Below are positions 23,496 to 34,130 of a stretch of 64,000 nucleotides of DNA, in pieces. The stretch is from Cyanophora paradoxa CCMP329 (taxonomy: Eukaryota > Plantae > Glaucophyta). The notes beneath the pieces were generated by a model that was not told the DNA's origin, searched no databases, and saw only the letters and a program-made list of their open reading frames with translations. The first letter of the stretch is position 1. Each line of letters starts with the position of its first letter. Location: positions 186,001 to 250,000 of the forward strand of contig QPMI01000434.1 of assembly GCA_004431415.1 (NCBI GenBank), in the 5' to 3' direction. The position numbers and the translations under genes were made by a program.

Positions 23496-25657
23496 CTACT
23501 CCTTCGGGAGCTTGTACTGCTCGATGATCTTCTTAGCGTACGGCGGCACGTGCTGCTCCGCCTGCGGAAGGGATTGGATGATCATGAGGCGGCGCGCGCA
23601 GGAGAGGGGGGAGCGGGGGCGGACCTTGGCCTCGCCGTAGTTGCGGCGGGTGTAGAGGTAGTTGCGGGTGAAGTGCGAGTCAATGGAGAAGCGGGCGTAC
23701 TCGAGGCCCTTGGGCCCCACGCGCTCGATCACGATGCCCATCAGCTGCGCCGCCCACATCGGCAGCGTCACCCCCGCGTCGTACGCCGGTATGCTCTGCT
23801 GCACCGCCTCCTTCCGGTCCCCCGAGCTCGAGACGGGCATCGTCTCGATCTGCTCCTTGACGAGGTCCATCATCTCCTGGCCCGTCTCGTTGCGGACCAC
23901 CATCCACTGCCAGCCGAAGGGTGCCCCCATGTACCCCACGACGAGGTCCGCGAGCGAGTTGACGTAGTCGAAGCAGGTCATGCAGGAGGGCGCGAACACG
24001 TCCTTCAGCTCCTTGGTGTTCAGCCCGAAGAACGGCACCTGCTCGCACGCGACAGCAACGGGAAATCACACTGCTGCCTTGGCGCAGCTGAGCTCGCGTC
24101 GATTCGCACCTTCTCGATGCGGCCGTCCTCGTGGCGGAAGTGGATGCGGAAGTCCTGCATGAACTCGTAGTGCACGACCTGCGATCGAGGCCCCGGATCA
24201 ACCAGAGGGAACAGGTGCCGCCAGCGGCGTCCAAGCCCCGCACCGTGTCTGGGCTGTCGGACGTCTCCTTCAGAAACTTGTCAAGGCCCGCCCGCGGCAC
24301 GTTGTCCGTGCACGGCGTCCCTGCCCCCGCACAAGTTTAGCGGAGGAGGCAAAAATTCCAGGGCGGGGCGGGGCGGGGCAGGGCGCGCCGAGGACGTAGA
24401 GCTTCTCCAGGCCCATCTCGTGCTGCACCGCCCGCAGCGCCTGAATCTGGCACCCGACGCCTGCGCCGACATGCCTCGGAGGGGCGGGGGAGGAGCGAGG
24501 GAGGGGGGTACGCCTTGACGCACCGATGGCGAGGACACGCTTCATTCCGCTCTTCTCGATCTCGTCGAGCACGTTCAGGTTCGGGCTCAGCGTCGGCTTG
24601 TTCACGCGCGCAGCGAGGATGTCCTCCTTCGTCCGCGCCACCACGACCTGAGGCGCTCTCAGCTGCGCGCCGGGCGGCGGCGGCGGCGGCGAAAGCGCGG
24701 CGGGCCTTCGGAGTCCAGCGGTCGGTGGGCTCGTTCTGCACGCAGACGACGCCGTCGACCATGCCGCGCTCGAGCATCTCGCACGCAATCGTCGACACGA
24801 TGCCCGTCCACTGCGCCCCCTCGATCGGCTGGATCTGCGCGCCGCGCTGAGCTGGCGGCGGGGGAGGAGGCGGGTGGATGCGCGGGCAAGTGCGGGCGGG
24901 CGGGCCTTCCGGGCGGCAACCATGCTGTTGTGCACGCCGAAGTACAGATCGTCCTCGCTCTGCAGGTTCCGCGAGCGCCCGTGCGCCATCTCCTGCTCGC
25001 GCGGCGCGTCGGCCTCCGCGCCGGGCACGCTGCCGGAGAGGCCCCGCGCGGACCTCGAGGTCCGCAACCTGTTGGTTGATGAAGGCGCACGCATCCTTGA
25101 CGTACGCGATGTACGACGTGTCGCACAGCCCGCACTCGCTGCACAGCTCCTTCGCTGGCCGCGCGCTCCCGGGCGCCAGTGCCTTCGTCTTCAGGTGCGC
25201 ACCCGTGCGCGGCTGCGAGGGAAATCTCGTTTAGCGGCGATAGCGATTCCCCAAGCGCGGGATCCCGCGTGCCTTAGACGAGACGGCGCCCGCATCCCCG
25301 GCGGCTTGCGCTGCACGAAACGTCACATGGGCATTAGGAAACCCCTGCAGGTGCCATAGCTAAGGTAAGGAGGGCAGGAGCGCACCGTGCACGCGAACGC
25401 CGCTCGAATGCTCCCACGTCCGGGTCGGGCGGGCGGTGTGCGCCGCGACCCGGCCACCGAGGAACTCCGAGCTGTGCACGCGAACCTGCCGCCTCGACGG
25501 GGACTGCAGGCAGGCCGGGGCAGCCGCGGCCCGCACGCCGAGGTGAGAGCCGGCCGGCGTCGGGGGGACACAGACGTAGGCGCTGTGGAGGGTGTGATTC
25601 AGACGAGATCTGCGAAGAGCATCGTATAGCTCGTGCTGGCGGGCCCACGCACTTCAT
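23496..25657 (-). CDS. bciB: Ferredoxin-dependent 8-vinyl reductase BciB (Slr1923-like; F420 hydrogenase beta / HCAR family), plastid-targeted
   Basis: Spliced N-terminus MNAYVCVPP... (transit peptide), then KALAPGSARPAKELCSECGLCDT, NKPTLSPNL, GVGCQIQALR, EFMQDFRIHFRH, VFAPSCMTCFDYVNSLADLVVGYMGAP, GPKGLEYARFSIDSHFTRNYLY. Confidence 0.88.
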
Positions 25658-25706
25658 TTCGGCCCCGAAGATTGGATCTGGCGGGGTACCGATATACTCG
25701 GCGACG

Positions 25707-27522
25707 ATGGCGGCCTTCGCTTGTGGCGTTCCTGTTGCGCCGGCAACGGCGGCGCGCTTCGTGGCGCAGCCGGAGTCGCTGTGCTCGAAGCGCACGCAGC
25801 TCGCCGGCCGGCGGTCGCGGTTCGTCCAGGGTGACGCAAGCTTCTTCGCTGCGACTCGTTCGTTCGCCGTCGATGCGGCGGAGCAGAATGCCAGCTCTCC
25901 GGCCATTGTCGAGGCCAGCGCTGACAGCGGCTCGCTCCTGGTGCGGCGAGATTATTGTAGATCGCGGCCACGTGGGCCGGCTTCGGGAGTTCAGTGCGGA
26001 TCTGATAGCTCTTGCGCAGGATAACATTCCTTTCAGGGCGCTGAAGCCCCACGATGCTCCTCCGGCGCCCGCTCCGGACTTCGATAAGATCACTTTCTCG
26101 CTCAGCGAGACCGACTACATGTACACCGCCCGCGGCGAGTGGCTCGTGACGGGCTCTTCCAACGATGCCGACGTTCGTTGGGAGGCGGGCCAGTACGACC
26201 GCTTCGGCGATATCCAGGTCCGGAGATCGCGCGCGCGGCGTCGCTTGAGTCGTCGGCTCAGCCTCCGCTAGATCTCCCCGGCTGCCGCCTTCATGTCGTA
26301 CGGCCTCGGCATCTTCGAGGGCCTCAAGGCTCAGCGGAGCGAGGACGGCCGCGTGCTTCTCTTCCGCCCGGAGATGAACGCCCGCCGCTTCCGCCGCTCG
26401 GCGGAGCGCCTGCTCATGGCCCAGTTCCCCGAGCAGCAGTTCGTCGATGCTGTGCGTCCTTCTTTCCTTCCGGCTTCCCGCTGCGTCGCTGAGCCCGGCG
26501 CTGACCTGGGGCCCGGCGCCGGCAGTGCCACGAGCTGGTGCGGAAGAACATCCGCTTCGTGCCGCCCGCAGACAAGGGCTCCTTCTACATCCGCCCGACC
26601 CAGCACGCGATCGAGCCGATCCTCGGCCTCTCCGCGAACAACCTCTTCCTCGTCCTTATGTACGGCGCCCCGGTCGGCTCGTACTTCTCCGGCAAGCGCG
26701 CCAGGTAACTGGCACTGAGCTTCGCAGCCCTCGCTTTCTCTGAGGCCCCTCGCGCAGCGCGAACGTCGACAAGGGCCTGCGGTTGCGGTGCCTGAAGCAG
26801 GGCCGCGTTCCGGCCGGCGGCACCGGCTCCGCCAAGTGCATGGGCAACTACGCCGGCGGCATCTATATCGCCACCAAGTGGAAGAAGGAAGGGTACGACG
26901 ACGTTCTGTACCTCGAGTCCTCCCACCAGAAGTACTGCACCGAGACCAGCGGCTCCAACTTCTTCTGGTACCCCACCTCCCCCTCCCTCCTTCGTTTTCC
27001 TCCTCGGCCCGCTCTTCTGACCCCGCGTCGCTTGTAGCCTGCTGAAGAACGGAACGCTCGTGACCCCGACCCCCGACGACCAGGTCCTCCCTGGCGTCAC
27101 CCGCGACTCGGTCATCCGCGTGCGTGCCCCTGCCTCTTCTTCCCCTTCTTCCTCTTTGCACCCGTGCCGAACGCGGCCGGGGGCGGGCAGGTGGCGCGGG
27201 ACATCCTGGGCCTGAAGGTGGAGGAGCGGGCGCTCTCGATTGACGAGGTGGTGGCGGACGGCGTGGAGGTCTTCTGCACGGGCACCGCCTGGACTGTCCG
27301 CCAGGTCGGCGAGATCGACTACGAGGACGCCGCCGGCAACCTCAAGACCGCCACGTCCGCCCCCTTTCTTTCCTTTCCTCACAGAATTGAAGTTTACTTT
27401 GCTTTGTGCGCAGCTTCTACCCGAAGGAGTCGGTGACGGCCCAGATCCTGGCCCGCCTGCGCGGCATCCAGACCGGCGCTGAGGAGGACCGCTTCGGCTG
27501 GATCCAGGAGGTCAAGCTGTGA
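25707..27522 (+). CDS. ilvE: Branched-chain amino acid aminotransferase (class IV), plastid-targeted
   Basis: Transit peptide MAAFACGVP; YGLGIFEGLKA, LFRPEMNARRFRRSAERL, FYIRP, GGTGSAKCMGNYA (PLP Lys), ETSGSNFF, LPGVTRDSV, EVFCTGTA; stop TGA 27520-27522. Confidence 0.93.
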
Positions 27523-28220
27523 GCTCGAGCTCGAGCCCCGACCCCCCATTTCCACTTTCGGCGGCTCTCCGGGACTAGCCCGTTGCTAGCGCTTGCCGCC
27601 ACCCGCAGTACAGTACAGTTTTGAAACAACAGAGCGCTCGCTTTCTCTCGGCACTCCGCCCTTCTTGCAGTTGACGCACGCGTGCGGGCTTAAGCTTTGG
27701 TCGCCGCAGCGCGCGCGCCCGGCTAGCGCTAGCCTTCAGTACTGGTTCAGCTGTGGCGAAAAACAGTAGACAGCTGTGGTGTAGCTGTATAGAGTACTCG
27801 CGTGCGGCCGGGCGCCGCGGCGCGCGCGCGCGGGAAATTCAAGGCTTGAATTTCCCGCGCGCGGCAATTTCAAGCCACTGGAGGGGTACACAAACGTGCA
27901 GTCGAACTTAGCCACCCGCACCAGCAGCGCGGCTCTATATGTGCAAGAAAAGGAAGCTGCTAGTACGCTGAGTCGAACGGCGTGGGGCTCAACGATAACG
28001 CACATCGCAGCACGCGATTCCGCTGGCGAGAGGCTGCAGCTATCCGGCTAGCTCACACGTGCTTACTTAGGCCAGAACGTTTCTTGTCGAACCCCTGGGA
28101 TTCAGCTCAGCTCCGAACTCTAGCCACTTCGAAACTGGCACCAGCGATAGCTAGTGCGCGGGTTGCGTAGGGCGGCGCCTGCGCGAGATCAGAGCATTTG
28201 GAGCCTTTGGAGATCGTGAG

Positions 28221-31200
28221 ATGGAAGAGGCGCACGACCGGGCCTCGGAAGTGTCGGGCCCGGTGACGGAAATGATGCCCGAGCCCGGACACGAGGCGGA
28301 CCAGCGCGAGACGTCGGCCCTGTTCCGCCTGGAGCACGCCTCGGAAGGCGGCGGCAGGCTCGATGCGGCTTGGGAGGCGCACGAGGAGGAGGAGGGCAAC
28401 CAGAGCGGCGGGGACGTCGCCGCGTGGGCTGAGCGGAGCGTCGATCTCTCGGAGGCTCTGACGCGGACTGCGAAGGCGGCTCCGGCGCCCTCCCCGCCGC
28501 CAGCCGCGGCAGCGCCTCCCGAGCCGCCCCCCGAAGCGCCCAAGAGGGTCCCCCACAAGCCTCCCGTGCGCCCCCAGCCCTCTAGGGCCCCCGCCCCTCG
28601 GCCCTAACCTGCGGCGAGCAGGGCGGAGGGGCGGCGCCCGGAGCGGGGGAGGAGAGCCCGAAGCGCGGGCGGAGCAGGAAGCCGGGCAAGCCCTCGGAGC
28701 ACGGCAAACCGAGATCCAAGAGGGTGCGCGCCGCGCCCTGCCTGTCCAGTGCGGCGAGGCCTCACTCGCGCCCCCGCAGCCGTCAGCGGACCACTCGGAG
28801 GATCCCAAGGACGGAGCGGGACCCTCGGAGGCGGCCGGCGGGGCGGGGCCCTCCGGTGCGGGGCCCGCTGCGGGGGGCCCGGCGGAAGCGGGGCGGGGCG
28901 CCGGCGCGGAGAGCCCCGAGAGGAGGCGGCACCGGCGGAAGAAGTCCACAGGCCGCACCTCGCGCGCCCGCTCCGAGCGCGAGGTGCGCTTGGTCTGGCG
29001 CCCGGGGGGTGCGTGCCGGCCTGGCCTGACGGGGGCGGGCGGGCCCGGGCGCAGCGGGAGGCGCCGGACCTCGGGTACCTGAAGAACCAGCGGGCGGACG
29101 AGCGGCTGCGGGACTGGCTGGAGGCGCGGAAGCACCTTATAGCGAACAGCCAGGCCCGGCAGCGGCAGCGGGTCGTCAAGGCCAACATCAAGATCAACAT
29201 CTTCAAGCTGCCGACGCCCCCCGACGGCCAGGCCGCGTGCGCGCCCACCCTCCCCCGCCCGCGCGTTCCCCTCCGCCGAATGTCCGGCTCACGCAGCGGC
29301 AGGCTGCTCTCGCCGCACCACTCGATGGCGGAGATCGCGCACCCGCACCTGCCGCCGCTGGCGACGGGCCTGGACGGGCACGGCACGCGCCTGCCGCCCA
29401 TCCACGGGCACCCGCGGCCCTCGCCGGCGCCGCCGCCGCTGCCGCCGGCGGGCCCCGGGCGCAAGCGGCCGGTGCGGGGGGCGAGGCGAGGCGTCGCGGA
29501 GTCGCAGAACTCGCTGGAGGGGCCCGAGCGGCCCGAGGACGAGCGCGGCGAGCGCCTCCTCCGCCACGGGCCCGGCGGGCGGCCGGGGCCGGGCGCGGCG
29601 GCGTCGCGCTGCAGCCGGTGCCGCGGGCGCCGGCGGCGTCGACGGCGGCGCTCGAGGCTGAGCTGCAGGTCCTCAAGTACATCAAGATCCGCGAGGGTGC
29701 CCCCCTTCGAGAGGGCGGGGGCTCGCCCCGCGGGGGCTCACGCGCCGGCGCAGACGAGGTGGAGCAGTGCCGGCGGATGGCGCGGGCGGTGGGGGAGCTG
29801 GTGCGCAAGGGCCACGAGCCGGCGCGCCTCAAGGGCCAGCTCGCCGTCCTCCTCGACGCCCTGCGCCTCCACACGGTCCAGTGCGCGGAGGCCGTCGCCG
29901 CCTGGCGCGCCGCCTCCGCCAAGGCACCCTACCCGGCCGCCCTCACCCCGCCCGAGCCGGGCGCGCCCCGCCCCTTCTTCTGGAACGGCTCCGACTACCT
30001 CTCCAAGGCGAGCGAGCGAGCCTGAGGGGGCCGGCCCGGCCGCCCGCTGAGTCCCTCCGCAGGTGCTTGTCGACCTTGAGTTCCTCGACGAGAGCCCCTC
30101 GATGCACGGTCCGCAAGCCCCGCCCGCCCGCGGGCCCCCTGCGCGATTCGAGGCGTTCCTGTATCTCCGACCTCACGCGGCCCCCTCAGAGTTCCTGGGC
30201 TTCCGGGTGGCGGGGAACCCCTTCCTGGTACCCCCCCTGGAGGCGCCCTCCCGCTCGGGGGACCTGGAGGACCCGCCCTCGCCGGCCGCTGCCCGGCCCC
30301 CGCGCGGCCCCGCCCCGCGCGGCTCCGGTGCGCGTCCGACTCCGCCAGAGGCGCCCCCCGACGCTTACACGGCGCAGAGCCGGCGCAGTACCGGGCGCGG
30401 CTGGGACCGCTCTCGGACCTGGTCCGCATCCGCGCGGCCGAGGCGATGCTCGGGACGAGCGCGGCGCCGGCGGCGCCGACGGCGGCGGGGCGGCAGATCC
30501 TGCCCCCGCTGGGGGCGCACCGGGGCCAGCAGCACCACGCGCTGGCCGCGAAGCTCCCGCAGCCGCGGCGCTCCCTCGAGGAGCTCCGCGCCTTCGCCGG
30601 CGCCGACGACGAGGACGAGGAGGAGGACCCGGGCGCCGGGCGGCGGGGGGCAGGACCGGCGCGGGCGCCCGGGCGGCACCCCCGCCCGTGGACGACGAGC
30701 CCGAGGACGACCCGGACAGGGCCGAGCCGCTCAGCAGCGAGCCCCTCCCCCGCGAGTCCTTCGGCGGCGACGTGCGCCGCCCCCCTCGCCTCGCAGCGCC
30801 CCGCGCCGCCGCTCACCGGCCGCCGCAGCTCGCGTCGCTCTCGTCGCCCCTCTCGGGGCGCATCCGCCCGCGCTCGCGGCAGCACTCGCCGGGGCGCGTG
30901 TCCGGCGGCGTCGTCGGCCCCAGCGCGGAGCAGGCGAGGCGCGCCGCGGAGCCTGTGGCGGGGTCCTCCCGGCCCGGCACGCCGGTGCCGGTCGACAACA
31001 AGGAGGAGGTGGTGCCCGATGGCGAGATCGCGCCCCTCGTGGACCCGGACGCCCTGCCCGTCATCGGGGAGGAGGGGGCGGACGGGTCGCGGCCCCGCAT
31101 GGCGCGCCGCAGCAGCAGCCTGGTGAAGAAGAGCGGCAGCTTCGTCCGCCAGCGCAGCTTCAAGGGCGCCGGCGGGGCCGGCGCGCGGAGCTCTCTGGAG

Positions 31201-33819
31201 AGCGCCGTCTCCACGTTCGCGGGGGAGATCCTGGCGGACGCGCAGCGGGACGCTGGCGCCGGCGGGCCCGGCGACGGCGTCTTCTCCCCGCCCGCCTCCC
31301 GTCCCGGCAGCGCCACACGGCCTCAGGCACCAGCCGATGAGGCGGCGGGCGACCTGCCGGCGCCGGGCGACGCGGATGCAGAGGCGGCGGCCGTCAAGAT
31401 CCAGGCCCACTACCGCGGGTTCAAGACGCGCAAGGAGATGACGGGCGGCGCGGAGGGCGGCGCTGCGGCCGAAGGCGAGCCAGACGCGCCGGCTGAAGCA
31501 GCAGAGGCGCCGCCTGCGGAAGCAGCGGAGGCGCCGCCTGCGGAAGCGCCGCCTGCGGAGGCGGCACCGGCCGATGCGGCGGCGGGCGATCTGCCGGCGC
31601 CGGGCGACGCAGATGCAGAGGCAGCGGCCGTCAAGATCCAAGCCCACTACCGCGGGTTCAAGACGCGCAAGGAGATGACGGGCGGCGCGGAGGGCGGCGC
31701 TGCGGCCGATGGCGAGCCAGACGCGCCGGCTGAAGCAGCGGAGGCGCCGCCTGCGGAGGCGGCACCGGCCGATGCGGCACCGGCCGATGCGGCGGCGGGC
31801 GATCTGCCGGCGCCGGGCGACGCAGATGCAGAGGCAGCGGCCGTCAAGATCCAAGCCCACTACCGCGGGTTCAAGACGCGCAAGGAGATGACGGGCGGCA
31901 CGGAGGGCGGCGCTGCGGCCGACGGCGAGCCAGACGCGCCGGCTGAAGCAGCGGAGGCGCCGCCTGCGGAGGCGGAACCGGCCGATGCGGCGGCGGGCGA
32001 TCTGCCGGCGCCGGGCGACGCAGATGCAGAGGCGGCGGCCGTCAAGATCCAAGCCCACTACCGCGGGTTCAAGACGCGCAAGGAGATGACGGGCGGCACG
32101 GAGGGCGGCGCTGCGGCCGACGGCGAGCCAGACGCGCCGGCTGAAGCAGCGGAGGCGCCGCCTGCGGAGGCGCTGCCTGCGGAGGCGGCACCAGCCGATG
32201 CGGCGGCGGGCGATCAGCCAGCGCCGGGCGACGCAGATGCAGAGGCGGCGGCCGTCAAGATCCAAGCCCACTACCGCGGGTTCAAGACGCGCAAGGAGAT
32301 GACGGGCGGCGCGGAGGGCGGCGCTGCGGCCGACGGCGAGCCAGACGCGCCGGCTGAAGCAGCGGAGGCGGCACCGGCCGATGCGGCGGCGGGCAATCTG
32401 CCGGCGCCGGGCGACGCAGAGGCAGAGGCGGCGGCCGTCAAGATCCAGGCCCACTACCGCGGGTTCAAGACGCGCAAGGAGATGACGGGCGGTGCGGAGG
32501 GCGGCGCTGCGGCCGACGGCGAGCCAGATGCGCCGGCTGAAGCAGCGGAGGCGCCGCCTGCGGAGGCGCTGCCTGCGGAGGCGGCACCGGCCGATGCGGT
32601 GGCGGGCGATCTGCCGGCGCCGGGCGACGCAGATGCAGAGGCGGCGGCTGTCAAGATCCAGGCCCACTACCGCGGGTTCAAGACGCGCAAGGAGATGACG
32701 GGCGGCGCGGAGGGCGGCGCTGCGGCCGACGGCGAGCCAGACGCGCCGGCTGAAGCAGCGGAGGCGCCGCCTGCGGAGGCGGCACCGGCCGATGCGGCGG
32801 CGGGCGATCTGCCGGCGCCGGGCGACGCAGATGCAGAGGCGGCGGCCGTCAAGATCCAAGCCCACTACCGCGGGTTCAAGACGCGCAAGGAGATGACGGG
32901 CGGCGCGGAGGGCGGTGCTGCGGCCGACGGCGAGCCAGAGGCGCCGGCTGAAGCAGCGGAGGCGCCGCCTGTGGAGGCGGCACCGGCCGATGCGGCACCA
33001 GCCGATGCGGCGGCGGGCGATCAGCCAGCGCCGGGCGACGCAGATGCAGAGGCGGCGGCTGTCAAGATTCAAGCCCACTACCGCGGGTTCAAGACGCGCA
33101 AGGAGATGATGGGCGGCGCGGAGGGCGGCGCTGCGGCCGACGGCGAGCCAGACGCGCCGGCTGAAGCAGCGGAGGCGCCGCCTGCGGAGGCGGCACCGGC
33201 CGATGCGGCGGCGGGCGATCTGCCGGCGCCGGGCGACGCAGATGCAGAGGCGGCGGCCGTCAAGATCCAAGCCCACTACCGCGGGTTCAAGACGCGCAAG
33301 GAGATGACGGGCGGCGCGGAGGGCGGCGCTGCGGCCGACGGCGAGCCAGACGCGCCGGCTGAAGCAGCGGAGGCGCCGCCTGCGGAGGCGGCGGCTGTGG
33401 AGGCGGCACCGGTCGATGCGGCGGCGGGCGATCTGCCGGCGCCGGGCGACGCAGATGCAGAGGCAGCGGCCGTCAAGATCCAAGCCCACTACCGCGGGTT
33501 CAAGACGCGCAAGGAGATGACGGGCGGCGCGGAGGGCGGCGCTGCGGCCGACGGCGAGCCAGACGCGCCGGCTGAAGCAGCGGAGGCGCCGCCTGCGGAG
33601 GCGGCGGCTGCGGAGGCGGCACCGGCCGAGGCGACTGGGCCTGCGAAGGCGGCGGCGGACGAGGCCGAAGCAGCGGAGGCCTCTGCGACAGCAGCTGATC
33701 GTGAAGTGGTCCCCGAGGCGGCGGGGGCGCCCGAGGCGGAGGCTCCGGCGGATCCGGAGGGGCCTCCACAGGGGTCGTCGCCTGGTGAGGCGGTCGCGGA
33801 CGATACCGCCCCCGAGTGA
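28221..33819 (+). CDS. Uncharacterised protein with a globular middle region and 11 tandem IQ (calmodulin-binding) repeats
   Basis: Exons include LQVLKYIKIRE, LLDALRLHTVQCAEAVAAWR, PFFWNGSDYLSK, EFLGFRVAGNPFLVP. The terminal exon encodes 11x AAAVKIQAHYRGFKTRKEM. 5' exon structure is approximate. Confidence 0.75.
31330..33630 (+). repeat. Coding tandem repeat, 11 near-identical units of ~183-237 bp
   Basis: Core gtcaagatccargcccactaccgcgggttcaagacgcgcaaggagatg recurs near 31393, 31630, 31843, 32041, 32254, 32437, 32650, 32848, 33061, 33259 and 33472; units differ by 15-bp sub-repeat indels. Confidence 0.97.
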
Positions 33820-34130
33820 CTGTAGATTATTTATTCGTCACTTAGCGATGTGCGCTCAGTGGCTAGGTTTCAAGGTAGAGGCAACAGAACGCGTCATCTT
33901 TTTCCTTCGAATTTCTTGCGCATGCTGGCCAGGGCCGGGAAATCGAACTGGGTGAAGGCCAAGCCACCGAGAAACATCGGAAGGCAGTCCAGAAGCGCTC
34001 GCAATTGCAATGCCAGAGAGCTCGGCCGCGGACGCGAGGAACCCGGTGGTTAGTTGATTGCCTGTGCAGGGGTACAACAGATCGGCGCGGCGCAGACAGC
34101 CGGCGCCGTCCACGTGCACCGCAGGGCCGC

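Noticed and set aside
29995-33489. 1164-aa Arg-rich minus-strand ORF
   Set aside because: Reverse reading of the IQ repeat array
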